Shown piece after piece: positions 18,558-28,735 of a stretch of 64,000 bases of DNA. Position numbers and translations under genes: made by a program. The notes below the pieces were generated by a model. That model ran no database searches, was not told where the DNA came from, and saw nothing but the letters and a program-made list of their open reading frames with translations. Position 1 is the first letter of the stretch, and each line of letters starts with the position of its first letter. This stretch comes from Candidatus Woesebacteria bacterium RIFCSPHIGHO2_01_FULL_39_32 (GTDB taxonomy: Bacteria; Patescibacteriota; Microgenomatia; UBA8517). Location: assembly GCA_001792345.1 (NCBI GenBank), contig MGGJ01000013.1, positions 21,371 through 85,370 on the forward strand, written 5' to 3'.

Positions 18558-19175
18558 CTAGTTTCCAGTTTTAGACTTCTCTAAAAGCTGCTGTTCATAT
18601 TCCTCAATTGAAATATCCAAAGGGGTTTCGCCGGAACTTTTTCCAAAGCTGCAAATACCGACTCCGCAAGGTAAATTTCGATTAAACACTCCTGAATTAT
18701 ATTCGTCTTCGTCGACTCCTCCTTCGAGAAATGCGTAAAGCTGAAATCTGTTTGCACTCGAAAAATAAACGTAAGAAAATCCCTCATTCGTTTTCGGATC
18801 GGACGGAATTACTGCTAGGTAGGGAGTATATGAATCATCAGTTACGTCACGGAAAGAATCAACTCCGTACTCACAAGCTCGAAGACCTTGAAAAAAAAGC
18901 TCTCTATCAAAGGTTTCCGTATCTTTTATTTCCGTCAGAATCTCATTAAAATTGTTTCCTTTGCAGGCTCTAATTTTCCTCCCATCGCTTGGTGGGAAAA
19001 AACCAAATTCTTCTTGAAACTTATGAAGTGCATCGGAAATTGCACCCAGATCCGCCTTTCTTTGTACATCACGGCTTCGTCGAATAGAAGCTTGTAAACC
19101 AATAAAAGTTAGACCAAAAACCACTATAAAAATAAGAGTTACTCCAATTAATTCCTGTTTTGAAAATGGCTTCAT
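18558..19175 (-). CDS. GspG-like pseudopilin with atypical cleavage site
   Basis: MKPFSKQELIGV, SRDVQRKADL and PSDP. Confidence 0.7.
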   Translation of the reverse strand: MKPFSKQELIGVTLIFIVVFGLTFIGLQASIRRSRDVQRKADLGAISDALHKFQEEFGFFPPSDGRKIRACKGNNFNEILTEIKDTETFDRELFFQGLRACEYGVDSFRDVTDDSYTPYLAVIPSDPKTNEGFSYVYFSSANRFQLYAFLEGGVDEDEYNSGVFNRNLPCGVGICSFGKSSGETPLDISIEEYEQQLLEKSKTGN

Positions 19176-19996
19176 GGCATATATGGAATTATATATCGCG
19201 AGAGGCTTTCTCCCCAAAAAAGTGCTATAAAAAAGGAGAAAATTAAAAATGGACCAAAGGCTATATGTTTACCAAATGAGGCTCTTTTTAAAGAAATCAG
19301 AATTAGTCCTAAGATAGCACCTATTACAAAACTTAAAAAAATCCAAGTTATCGTTACCTGCCAAGTAAAAATAGGGGAAAGGGCAAGAACTAGTTTGACA
19401 TCTCCAAGTCCCATACCACGCCCCTTGGTTACAAGATGAAGCATTAAAAAGAAAAGTGATGCCGCAAAAGAAACAAAAAGTATTTCATATAGATTATCAA
19501 CTCTAAAAAGGATGAGTGCCATAATATTTACCACAAATAGTAAAAAAACCAAATTGTCGGGAATAATCTGATGTTCTAGATCGATTACAAAAATCGCAAC
19601 AAGGACTGTACTTACAAGTAGTAGATAGGGGAGTATCCACAATCCTAAAAGATCTGTCCATGCGCAAAAAGGGTTACCTTCAAAGGTGCCACCTTGCAAG
19701 ATAGTCGCACAATTAATGTAAAAATAATAAATTCCAGCGAAAAGTATACCTGTTGAAAACTCTATGAGGGGATAACGCAAGGAAATTTTATTACCACAAT
19801 ATCTGCATTTACCTTTGAGGAGTAGGTAAGAGATAAGGGGAATATTGTCAAACCAAGATATTTTTTTACCGCATCGATCACACTTAGACCGACCTTTTTT
19901 CACACTTATTGTCCTAGGCGAGCGGTATGTGTATAAAGTCAGAAATGAACCGATTATTAAACCAAAAATAAATATGAAGATTGATTGAATTACCAC
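19172..19996 (-). CDS. pilD: Prepilin peptidase A24
   Basis: GSF, two CxxC pairs, IDLEHQIIPD, MGLGDVKL and AFGPFL. Confidence 0.95.
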   Translation of the reverse strand: MVIQSIFIFIFGLIIGSFLTLYTYRSPRTISVKKGRSKCDRCGKKISWFDNIPLISYLLLKGKCRYCGNKISLRYPLIEFSTGILFAGIYYFYINCATILQGGTFEGNPFCAWTDLLGLWILPYLLLVSTVLVAIFVIDLEHQIIPDNLVFLLFVVNIMALILFRVDNLYEILFVSFAASLFFLMLHLVTKGRGMGLGDVKLVLALSPIFTWQVTITWIFLSFVIGAILGLILISLKRASFGKHIAFGPFLIFSFFIALFWGESLSRYIIPYMP

Positions 19997-20063
19997 AACT
20001 TTAATTAAACTACAGAAGCTTAATCAAAAACAATACGTAGACACTAATTCCTTGCTCCCTTTT

Positions 20064-20118
20064 CACCTCGGAGGAGTCCCTTCGACTTCGCTCAGGGTAA
20101 ACTTTACCCTCCGAGGTG
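20064..20118. repeat. Composite palindromic repeat
   Basis: 11-bp inverted repeat CACCTCGGAGG/CCTCCGAGGTG enclosing CCCTTCGACTTCGCTCAGGGTAAA. Confidence 0.75.
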
Positions 20119-20128
20119 GTAAAAACAC

Positions 20129-20662
20129 TTAATTAAGACAAGCGGTCTCATCTACATCAGGACCAGGAGTCGTAGTTCCACAAACAACACAGCTTCTTCC
20201 GGCTAATGACAAATAAGAAGTGTATGCTCCGTCTGCTGTCGTACAAGTACCCATGTTCAAGTTCTGATCAGATTCAAGATTCGACCAAAGGATAAATGAG
20301 TCCGTATCAGATTCGTAACACCATCCGTTTTGAACAGTACCAGTCGCAGTAGTACACAGTGAAGTGAGTGAGTTCGTTACCTCCCCAGGAACTTGAGCTA
20401 TTTCACCTGATGTTGTTAATTCGGTAAAATCGACGGGATAAACACCACTATTAGTTGTGTAGTAAGCCTGAACCGCACGGCCAAGTTGAGCAACCGTATC
20501 TATTCTTCCTGCGTCTCTTGCTCTTGCTAACTGTTGAACAGGATTAATAGCCACTAGTACTACAACTGCTAAAACACCTAAGATCGCGATAACTATAAGA
20601 AGCTCAATAAGTGTAAAGCCCTGCCTGACGGCAGTCAGGCTTTTTTTAATATAGGCAGTCAT
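20129..20662 (-). CDS. Type IV pilin (major-pilin candidate 2)
   Basis: GFTLIELLIVIAILGVL; SD-like GAAGGGGGTGA upstream. Confidence 0.9.
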   Translation of the reverse strand: MTAYIKKSLTAVRQGFTLIELLIVIAILGVLAVVVLVAINPVQQLARARDAGRIDTVAQLGRAVQAYYTTNSGVYPVDFTELTTSGEIAQVPGEVTNSLTSLCTTATGTVQNGWCYESDTDSFILWSNLESDQNLNMGTCTTADGAYTSYLSLAGRSCVVCGTTTPGPDVDETACLN

Positions 20663-20809
20663 AAATTCATTCTCACCCCCTTCACATTCTAACTTTCTTT
20701 TCAGAAAGAAAGTTAGACAAACAAAATATAAATAATAAAATTCTTTATTTAAACTAAATCTACTCAAGCGTGCGCCAGGCTAACAAATTTCTCCTGGCGT
20801 TTACACAAA

Positions 20810-21367
20810 TTATGGACAAGACGTACCCGCCCCCGGTTGAGCGCCGGCACAGTATACACAACCTCTACCGCTAGTTGATGAATAGAGAGCATAGGCTGGA
20901 TTAGTACCATTACAGGTACCTCCAGAGGTCTCATTCGTGCTCGCCTCCAGCCTTGCAAAGACAACGAAGGAAGAACCGCCAGTTGCATAACACCACGTAT
21001 TGTTTATGCGATTTGTTGTACAAGGCGTCTTCCCGGCTACATTATAGGCAATTGCTGATGGCACCTGCTTTATTTCTCCTGATAGAATAAGTACTTGGTT
21101 TGGTGGCGCCGTAACCCAACTGTTAGCTCCTGTTGCTGGGGGGTAAACACCATTGTGGCTTGTATAGTAAGCTTCGACTGCATGTCCAAGCTGTGTAACG
21201 CTACTTATTCTTCCCGCATCTCTGGTTCTTGCAAGTTGCTGAACAGGATTAATAGCTACCAAAACAACTACGGCCAAAACTCCAAGGATTGCAATAACGA
21301 TTAGAAGCTCAATAAGTGTAAAACCCCGCCTGACGGTAGGCAGGCTCTTTTTAATATAGGCAGTCAT
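20810..21367 (-). CDS. Type IV pilin (major-pilin candidate 1)
   Basis: GFTLIELLIVIAILGVL; strong SD AAGGAGGTGA. Confidence 0.9.
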   Translation of the reverse strand: MTAYIKKSLPTVRRGFTLIELLIVIAILGVLAVVVLVAINPVQQLARTRDAGRISSVTQLGHAVEAYYTSHNGVYPPATGANSWVTAPPNQVLILSGEIKQVPSAIAYNVAGKTPCTTNRINNTWCYATGGSSFVVFARLEASTNETSGGTCNGTNPAYALYSSTSGRGCVYCAGAQPGAGTSCP

Positions 21368-21463
21368 ATTTCCTTAATTCTCACCTCCTTAAATGCTCAT
21401 ATTCAGTATTCACTAAATCCGACTCTAATGTCAATACCGATCTATCTTTTTCTTTGACTTAAG

Positions 21464-22675
21464 TTAGTTTCCAAGCTGAGTCGTCAAGTTATAAATCGGC
21501 ATAATTATCGATATAACCATTAGCGCGACGCCCACTCCAAGTACTATCAAAATAATCGGTTCAACTGCAGCAGTAAGAGCTTTTAGTTTTTGGTCGCTTT
21601 CAACTTCAAACACATGACTAATTTTTGATAAAACCTCATCCATTTTTCCCGTTTCCTCACCAACCGCAATCATTTGGGATAGGATAAAAGGAAAAGCCTC
21701 AGGATGACGCGAAAAAGCAAATGCAATTGGAAACCCTTTCTCAATCATCTTTGTAGCATCGATAAGCGCATCGGAAATTATCGAACTACCTACAACTTGT
21801 GAGGTAATAGTTAGAGACTCCATTATCGATACACCTGAACCGATCATTAGGGAAAGTGTCCTTGTCAGATCGGTCAAAATTATTTGCCTTTGAAGGTCTC
21901 CAATGAGAGGTAACTTAAGAGTAATTTCGTCAAATTTTCTTTTTCCGGCACTTGTATGTCGATAAATATTAATAGCATAAAAAATCCCTCCGATAGAGAG
22001 AAGCACGATCGGCCAAAAGCGAACCATAAAATTCGATACTGCTATTAACATTTTAGTCATAATAGGCAAATCTACTTCAAACTGCTCATAAAGGGTAGTT
22101 AACCGGGGAAGGACAAAAATAATCATAATTAATGCAACTGCAAGCATACCGAAAATTATGATAATCGGATAAATTAAGGCTCCTTTAACTTTTCCCCTAA
22201 ATTCAGCTTGTTTCTCCATATCATCAGCTAAGCGGGCAAGAACCTCGTCTAGTACTCCACCAATCTCTCCACTTCTAATAAGAGCAAGGTAAGTTTTTGA
22301 AAAAACTTGCGGGTACTTGCTCATGGCAGAACTTAATGCTTCACCCTCTTCAACATCCGCCAAAATTTGGGAGACAATCTTCGATAGAGATCCTTTCGCC
22401 TGAGACCGCAATATTACAAGAGCTTCGGTCAATGGAAGACCGGCATTAATCATCGTGGAGAGCTGTCTGGTTATTGTTGTTACATCTCCTACAGTTACTC
22501 GATCACTTATTTTTTTGAAAAAGTTAAGTGAAAATTCGGTCTTTGTATCCAAAGATATAACTACCAGACCTTGTTGTCGGACAAGCTTTGCGGCTTGATC
22601 TATGGTGGAAGCTTCTACTTCTCCAGCCACCAACTCACCTTTTTCGTTTTTTGCTTTGTATTTATATCTCTTCAT
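21464..22675 (-). CDS. pilC: Type IV pilus platform protein PilC/GspF
   Basis: Motifs TRQLSTMINAGLPL, GEIGGVLD, ALIYP and VGEETGKMD. Confidence 0.95.
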   Translation of the reverse strand: MKRYKYKAKNEKGELVAGEVEASTIDQAAKLVRQQGLVVISLDTKTEFSLNFFKKISDRVTVGDVTTITRQLSTMINAGLPLTEALVILRSQAKGSLSKIVSQILADVEEGEALSSAMSKYPQVFSKTYLALIRSGEIGGVLDEVLARLADDMEKQAEFRGKVKGALIYPIIIIFGMLAVALIMIIFVLPRLTTLYEQFEVDLPIMTKMLIAVSNFMVRFWPIVLLSIGGIFYAINIYRHTSAGKRKFDEITLKLPLIGDLQRQIILTDLTRTLSLMIGSGVSIMESLTITSQVVGSSIISDALIDATKMIEKGFPIAFAFSRHPEAFPFILSQMIAVGEETGKMDEVLSKISHVFEVESDQKLKALTAAVEPIILIVLGVGVALMVISIIMPIYNLTTQLGN

Positions 22676-22757
22676 GAGATAGTACAAAGAACAAAGCGCA
22701 AAGTTCAAAGGTTAAAAAACTTTATCTACCTTTGTTCTATGTTCTTTGTCCTTTATT

Positions 22758-23819
22758 CTATTTAGAGGTTCTAACTAAACGCATCAATTCTTCTGGTCGG
22801 AGTGAAAAAGTCTGTGCCGTTTCAAGATCAAGCTTGCCGTCTTTTACGTGCTGGGCAAGTGACATTTCAAGAGTATTCATACCTACCTCGGTCGAAGTTT
22901 GTAGTATATTATCGATTTGGTGAGTTTTTCCTTCTCGTATCGTAGTTTTTATAGCTGAGGTTCCAAGCATTACCTCATAAGCTACCACTCGTCTTCCCGA
23001 AATCGAAGGAACTAACCTCATCGAAAAAACAGCTTCGATAACATTTGAAAGCTGCAGACGAACCTGTTCTTGCTGTTCCTCCGGAAAAACGTCGACAATA
23101 CGGTCAATAGTTTGAGCAGCAGAGTTGGTATGCAATGTTGCAAACACAAGGTGCCCGGTTTCTGCTACAGTCAAAGCCGAGGCAATTGTTTCATGATCGC
23201 GCATTTCACCAACAAGAACAACATCAGGATCTTCACGAAGAACGCTTCTTAATGCAATTTGCCATGAATGTGAATCAAATCCCATTTCTCTTTGAGAAAT
23301 AATTGACTTAATGGGTTTGAAAATAAACTCGATCGGATCCTCAATCGTCACAATATGTTCCGCGCGTGTACTATTAATCTCATTAAGCATCGCAGCCAGT
23401 GTTGTTGATTTTCCGTGACCAGTTGGGCCTGTTACCAAAATAAATCCTTGCCTAAGTCCCGTAAAAGAGTGCAAGATTTTGGGTAGTCCCAGCTTATCTA
23501 TTTCAGGAATTTCCAAAGGAATTCTTCTGAAAGCAATTGCAAGAGTCCCTTTTTGCGTATAGGCATTAACCCTAAAACGAGCATTTTGGTTAAAGGGAAG
23601 GGAGAAATCGATTTCTTTATTAACCGTAAGACGCTCCAGCTGCTCAGAGCTAAGAATTTCTTTGATAAATTTAATTACATGATCGGGTGTTAGGATTGGT
23701 TCATCGGGAATGGGGGAGAGAATTCCTTCAACCCTGAGGTGTGGAGGAATACCAGAAATGATATGTAGATCGCTTGCACTTCTATCGACTGTTAACTGTA
23801 GTAATTGCTTGATTTCCAT
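22758..23819 (-). CDS. pilT: Retraction ATPase PilT
   Basis: Motifs GPTGHGKSTT, TIEDPIE, LREDPD and AETGHLVFATLH. Confidence 0.95.
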   Translation of the reverse strand: MEIKQLLQLTVDRSASDLHIISGIPPHLRVEGILSPIPDEPILTPDHVIKFIKEILSSEQLERLTVNKEIDFSLPFNQNARFRVNAYTQKGTLAIAFRRIPLEIPEIDKLGLPKILHSFTGLRQGFILVTGPTGHGKSTTLAAMLNEINSTRAEHIVTIEDPIEFIFKPIKSIISQREMGFDSHSWQIALRSVLREDPDVVLVGEMRDHETIASALTVAETGHLVFATLHTNSAAQTIDRIVDVFPEEQQEQVRLQLSNVIEAVFSMRLVPSISGRRVVAYEVMLGTSAIKTTIREGKTHQIDNILQTSTEVGMNTLEMSLAQHVKDGKLDLETAQTFSLRPEELMRLVRTSK

Positions 23820-23820
23820 T

Positions 23821-25551
23821 TTATTCCTGAGCTACTCTTAGTACCTCCTCAACTGTAGTTATCCCTTCCAATGCTTTTAAGTAACCGTCTTGTTTAAGAG
23901 TAATCATTCCTTCCTCGCGTGCTTCCTTATCAATTTCTCCAGACGACGCCCTTTCTAATATTAGCCTACTAATTTTTTCAGTCACCGGCAATACCTCAAA
24001 AACCGCAATCCGCCCGTAATAACCTGAATTTGCACATTCTTGATCTCCCGTACCTTTGTATAAAGTATTATCCCGCGCCGATGGCCATAGGTTACCTAAA
24101 ACATTTTTCATTTCTTCAATCACTTTAGGTTCTCCCGAATAAGAAGTCTTACAATCTGCGTGTATTGTCCTTACAACACGCTGGGCAACTATTGCCGTAA
24201 CAGAAGAAGCAATTAGGAAAGGTTCGGCTCCCATATCAATCAATCGTGGCAGTGCACCGGATGAATCATTGGTATGAAGAGTCGCAAAAACAAGGTGTCC
24301 CGTAAGTGAAGCTTGTATGGCTAAATCCGCCGTTTCCTGATCACGAATTTCTCCAACTAAAATTATGTTCGGGTCTTGACGTAAAAAGGCTCTTAAACCT
24401 GAGGCAAAAGTAAGACCTGCCGCCGGATTAACTTGTACCTGATTTACTCCGGCAATTTTATATTCAATGGGGTCCTCTAATGTTACTATATTTACTTTGG
24501 GTGTATTTATTTTTTGAATTATTGAGTAAAGCGTTGTCGTTTTTCCACTTCCCGTTGGACCTGTTATAAGAATAATTCCGTGTGGCCTAAGTATTGCGTC
24601 TTGTAAATTTTTAAGGGCCCTACCTCGAAGACCCAACTCCTGCAATTCCGGAACTCCGCCGGTTTTTCTAAGTAATCTCATCACAATTTTTTCTCCCCAA
24701 GTAGTCGGAAGCGTAGAAACACGTAAATCAACTTCTTCATCTTCTGTTTTAAAATTAAAACGTCCATCTTGTGGAACGCGTTTTTCGTCAATCTTCATTC
24801 CCGACAGAATCTTGATCCTGGAAATAAGAGCATCATGAAGTTCTCTGGGAATTGTTAATTTTTCTTGTAAAATGCCGTCAATTCTATATCGAACCCGCGT
24901 TGCTCTTTCCTGAGACTCAATATGCACGTCCGAAGCCCTTGCCTTAACCGCAAAACCTAAGATATGAGTAACTATTTCTGCAACTTTTTCCTCACGAATT
25001 AAACCTGTTTTTGTTGCGTCAAGCGTTTTTATTTTGTCGCGGGAAGGAGATTCACGTAAAGCTTCTGAAACTTCTTTTGCAAGAGAGGTGGTGTAACCCG
25101 CTGCAATCATCGTCTCGATCTTTGCGGGATCGGCTGCGTGAGGCTTTACGATATAGCCTGTTTTTTGCTCGACGAATTCAATCGCAGTTAAGTTCAGGGG
25201 ATCTGCCATTGCGACAACAACTTGCTTGTTGGGGAGGTCAATTGAAACGGGGAAAACTTTAAATCTCATCGCAACCTCTTGAGGCAAGATTGACAGCGCT
25301 TCCGGGGAAACTGGAATATTAGTTAAATCGATATATGGAATGTTGTATAGAGCAGCTTTTGCTTTTACCAATGCTGATTCATCTACTAAGCCTTGATTTA
25401 TTATTATTTCTTCCTGGGGTTTGCCGGTCTGAATCTCAGAAAGTTTAATTTGTTCAGCACGAGCCGAGTCTAATGCTCCGAGAGAAACCAGAATATCTGC
25501 TAAAGTTTTGGAGTCTGAGTTAGTTAAAGATGATTGTGATTGGGCAGGCAT
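23821..25551 (-). CDS. pilB: Extension ATPase PilB/GspE
   Basis: Motifs ASDVHIE, PQDGR, GPTGSGKTTT and LRQDPN. Confidence 0.95.
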   Translation of the reverse strand: MPAQSQSSLTNSDSKTLADILVSLGALDSARAEQIKLSEIQTGKPQEEIIINQGLVDESALVKAKAALYNIPYIDLTNIPVSPEALSILPQEVAMRFKVFPVSIDLPNKQVVVAMADPLNLTAIEFVEQKTGYIVKPHAADPAKIETMIAAGYTTSLAKEVSEALRESPSRDKIKTLDATKTGLIREEKVAEIVTHILGFAVKARASDVHIESQERATRVRYRIDGILQEKLTIPRELHDALISRIKILSGMKIDEKRVPQDGRFNFKTEDEEVDLRVSTLPTTWGEKIVMRLLRKTGGVPELQELGLRGRALKNLQDAILRPHGIILITGPTGSGKTTTLYSIIQKINTPKVNIVTLEDPIEYKIAGVNQVQVNPAAGLTFASGLRAFLRQDPNIILVGEIRDQETADLAIQASLTGHLVFATLHTNDSSGALPRLIDMGAEPFLIASSVTAIVAQRVVRTIHADCKTSYSGEPKVIEEMKNVLGNLWPSARDNTLYKGTGDQECANSGYYGRIAVFEVLPVTEKISRLILERASSGEIDKEAREEGMITLKQDGYLKALEGITTVEEVLRVAQE

Positions 25552-25598
25552 ACTTTATCAATTATGCCTTAATATTAGATATCGATCAAGGGAGTGAT

Positions 25599-25647
25599 CT
25601 AAACAGCGTTTGTTTGTAAGTTCCAGAAGTGTTTGTATAAACCTTTT
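25599..25647 (-). repeat. Displaced 3' end of the ABC transporter gene (direct repeat with 26992-27026)
   Basis: 33/35 nt identical; encodes KGLYKHFWNLQTNAV* versus KGLYKHFWNLQIKL*. Confidence 0.9.
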
Positions 25648-25653
25648 AGCTGC

Positions 25654-26376
25654 TTAAAAAAAATTCATATCTTTTATATCTTTATATGTGTTTATGTTTA
25701 AATATTCTGCCCGTTGTATATCAATCACGAAAACATCGTAATCGTTTTTTAAAGAAGTTTCCATAAAAACAGCAGTTCTTTTGCTGGGGCGAGAAAAAGT
25801 GTTCCTAAAATCGATAATGTGATCGGCATGTATTATTAAAGTGGGACCAGGAGACCATGTTGCATTTTGTTCCCTGTTAATACGTACTATTTTGTTATTA
25901 AGAGTAATAACTCTTGGTGGGATAAGTTTTTTAGGTTTCCATTTAGTAAAAATTGAGCAATGGTTTTCTTTAAATAATTTCACAAAGGACCTTAGCCAAG
26001 ACTTTTTATAAATTACATCTCCTGAGGTATAAAAAAGCGAACTTTTTCCGTCTAGAATTTTTTTACCATCACCAAATTTCAATATATCCATGTAATGCTC
26101 TGTACCGAACGGATGCAATGTTTTAATGTAATTATTTTTTGGCACATATCCCTTCAGCATCAGTAAATCAAATAATTCTGCCTGCCAGGAGTAGTTAAAG
26201 GATATCGTTATATCCTGAAAACCAAAATCAAGCAGAGTTCTTAGTTGATATGACACTAGAGGAAAACCATTAATATTGGCTAAGGATTTCGGAATCACCT
26301 CCATCGTCACCTTTTTAATTCTGCTGCCGTCACCCCCAGCGGCTATAAAAACTTTTATTCTCTTTTCATCAGTCAT
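25654..26376 (-). CDS. Nucleotidyltransferase (NTP_transferase family)
   Basis: Motifs IAAGGDGSR, PKSL..ING.PL..Y and SGDV. Confidence 0.8.
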   Translation of the reverse strand: MTDEKRIKVFIAAGGDGSRIKKVTMEVIPKSLANINGFPLVSYQLRTLLDFGFQDITISFNYSWQAELFDLLMLKGYVPKNNYIKTLHPFGTEHYMDILKFGDGKKILDGKSSLFYTSGDVIYKKSWLRSFVKLFKENHCSIFTKWKPKKLIPPRVITLNNKIVRINREQNATWSPGPTLIIHADHIIDFRNTFSRPSKRTAVFMETSLKNDYDVFVIDIQRAEYLNINTYKDIKDMNFF

Positions 26377-26951
26377 TGTTTTACAATTTTTTCAATTTCT
26401 TCTCCAGATAGTTCATATGTATGATAGCTAATTAGATCAGTGCCCAATTTTTTCAGCTTCTTTCTAGCATTGAAATTTGCACATTCGATATAACTTATAA
26501 ATGCTTTAACCACAATGTTCTGGTTCTTGAGGGATTTTATTGCCGCAGAAGCGGTCTCTCCTGTTAAAATCTCGTCATCAATAAACATAATGCTATTTGG
26601 TGTTTCGATGTTATAAAGATATGCTGGTTCGTCGGGTATGTAAGGATCAAAAAGAGAGATTTTTACCGGCAAATCAAGATTATATTTGTAAGCAACTTTT
26701 AAAGGTTTTTGTAACTTTAAACTGAGGGCAACTGCCAATATGATTCCAGGGCGGTCTCTGGCAACAATGTAATTTGAATTTTTTCTAATGGAAAGGGGTA
26801 TTCTTGACACGATAACGTCTACTACCTTTTTCAATTCACTCGGCTCAACTTTGTTTTCAATACCATCACCTGTAAATGTAATTTTAAATTTCCTTTTCTT
26901 TTTCGGGTTATATCTTTTTGTAATTTTGACGTTGAAAATTTTTGGCACCAT
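26373..26951 (-). CDS. Type I phosphoribosyltransferase
   Basis: PRPP-binding motif MFIDDEILTGETA. Confidence 0.85.
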   Translation of the reverse strand: MVPKIFNVKITKRYNPKKKRKFKITFTGDGIENKVEPSELKKVVDVIVSRIPLSIRKNSNYIVARDRPGIILAVALSLKLQKPLKVAYKYNLDLPVKISLFDPYIPDEPAYLYNIETPNSIMFIDDEILTGETASAAIKSLKNQNIVVKAFISYIECANFNARKKLKKLGTDLISYHTYELSGEEIEKIVKQ

Positions 26952-26980
26952 CTGATTTGTAAATATTTATTTCGTTATTA

Positions 26981-28735
26981 TCACAATTTTATTTGTAAAT
27001 TCCAAAAGTGTTTGTATAAACCTTTTTCCTTCGCAAGCAAACTCATATGGGATCCTTTCTCAATAATTCTACCTTTTTCCATCACAATTATTTTATCCGC
27101 CCGCATTGCGGTTGAAAGCCGATGGGCAATAATGATAGTGGTTTTATCCTTGGCAACTTTCCATAATGCTTCCTGAATTAACCTTTCATTTTCGGAATCA
27201 AGTTGACTAGTCGCTTCGTCGAAAATAATAATATCGGGATCGGATAAAACCATGCGGGCAATAGCCAATCTTTGTTTTTGGCCTCCCGACAATTTGATCC
27301 CACGCTCACCAACATGGGTGTTATATTTTTTCGCCAGAGATTCAATAAAATTATGTAAATTTGCGATTTTCGCTGCAGCAATAACCTCCTGCTTGGTAGC
27401 TTTTTCATTTCCATAATTTGTCATCCTGCCATAGGCAATGTTATAGCCGATTGTGTTATTAAATAGCACCGGTTCTTGGGGGACAACACCCATAAAGCTT
27501 CTTAAATGACTTTTTGTAAACTTACGAATATCAATATTATCAATAGTAATAGAACCTCTATCAACGTCATAAAATCGCATTAAAAGCTTTATCAGGGTAG
27601 TTTTCCCCGAACCGGATCTGCCGACGAGGGCGATCGATTGCCCCTGACGGATCGGTAAGCTGATATTCTTAACCGCTTCCTTTTTGCTTTCTGAATAGGT
27701 AAACGAAGTATTTTTGAACTCTATTTCACCGCGAACTTTATCAAGGAATTTGGGAATTTCAGGATCCTTTATTTTGATGTCGTTATCTAAAATACCAAAA
27801 TATTTCTCGATGTCGGAGTAACTTTTTGCAATATCCCTAAAACCCCATACCAACTCATAAAGATGCGGAAAGAAACTTTGTAAAAAAACCGCTACTAAAA
27901 TAAAGTCCCCGAGGGTGAAGAACCCCTTTATGGTCATATTCAAAGCATAAAGTAGTATGGAAAATATACTGAGATTAATAAGCGTCCCCATAGAGATATC
28001 TAAACCCCTATACGTGTAAACGTATTTCCAAACAGCCTTTTTCCAATCAATCTGAATTTCTGAAAGTCTTTTCTGTTCCCACGATTCTTTAACGAAAAGC
28101 TTAACTGTTTCAAAGTTGATCATATTATCAACAACTACCGCAGAGATATCATCTTCAAGCTGATTTACTTTTCTTCTTCTTTCGACATTAAATTTAACGA
28201 AGACGAGCATAATGATAGATGCAATAGTGAATGTAGCAATGGTCAGCAGAAATATCGTTGAGTTTAAGTTTTTGAAAAAATAAAGAAGAACTATAAACCT
28301 AACCAGTACGTCGACTATCCTAAAATGGATAGAAAAGTAAAGGTTCCACATTGCACCTTCACCGCGTTTTATCGCACTTATCAATGAGCCGGAGGATTTT
28401 GACGAATGGAAAGCAAAATCCAAATTGTGGATGTGAGAAAAAACTGTGGCCAGCGTTTTTGCCACAGCTTCAAGGCCAAGAATATCCCCAACCAGAAATT
28501 TAGCGCTACTCAGCATTAATGCTATAAACTGAATTCCGATGTAGAAAAGCAAAATTTTCAGCATTAAGTTGTAATCCATCTTTGGAATCGTATCTACGAA
28601 AAGTTTATAAAAGTACGGCGTTAAACTTTCGACTACCGGAGAAAGGATAATTAAAACAATAAACACAAAGGTCCAACCCCTTTTATTAAAGAAGAATTTG
28701 TAGTAAGTCTTGAGAATTTTTAACAAATCTTGCAT
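26981..28735 (-). CDS. ABC exporter, fused permease/ATPase (Atm1/MsbA-like)
   Basis: TMD plus GRSGSGKT, LSGGQKQR, FDEATSQLD and IAHRLST. Confidence 0.95.
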   Translation of the reverse strand: MQDLLKILKTYYKFFFNKRGWTFVFIVLIILSPVVESLTPYFYKLFVDTIPKMDYNLMLKILLFYIGIQFIALMLSSAKFLVGDILGLEAVAKTLATVFSHIHNLDFAFHSSKSSGSLISAIKRGEGAMWNLYFSIHFRIVDVLVRFIVLLYFFKNLNSTIFLLTIATFTIASIIMLVFVKFNVERRRKVNQLEDDISAVVVDNMINFETVKLFVKESWEQKRLSEIQIDWKKAVWKYVYTYRGLDISMGTLINLSIFSILLYALNMTIKGFFTLGDFILVAVFLQSFFPHLYELVWGFRDIAKSYSDIEKYFGILDNDIKIKDPEIPKFLDKVRGEIEFKNTSFTYSESKKEAVKNISLPIRQGQSIALVGRSGSGKTTLIKLLMRFYDVDRGSITIDNIDIRKFTKSHLRSFMGVVPQEPVLFNNTIGYNIAYGRMTNYGNEKATKQEVIAAAKIANLHNFIESLAKKYNTHVGERGIKLSGGQKQRLAIARMVLSDPDIIIFDEATSQLDSENERLIQEALWKVAKDKTTIIIAHRLSTAMRADKIIVMEKGRIIEKGSHMSLLAKEKGLYKHFWNLQIKL

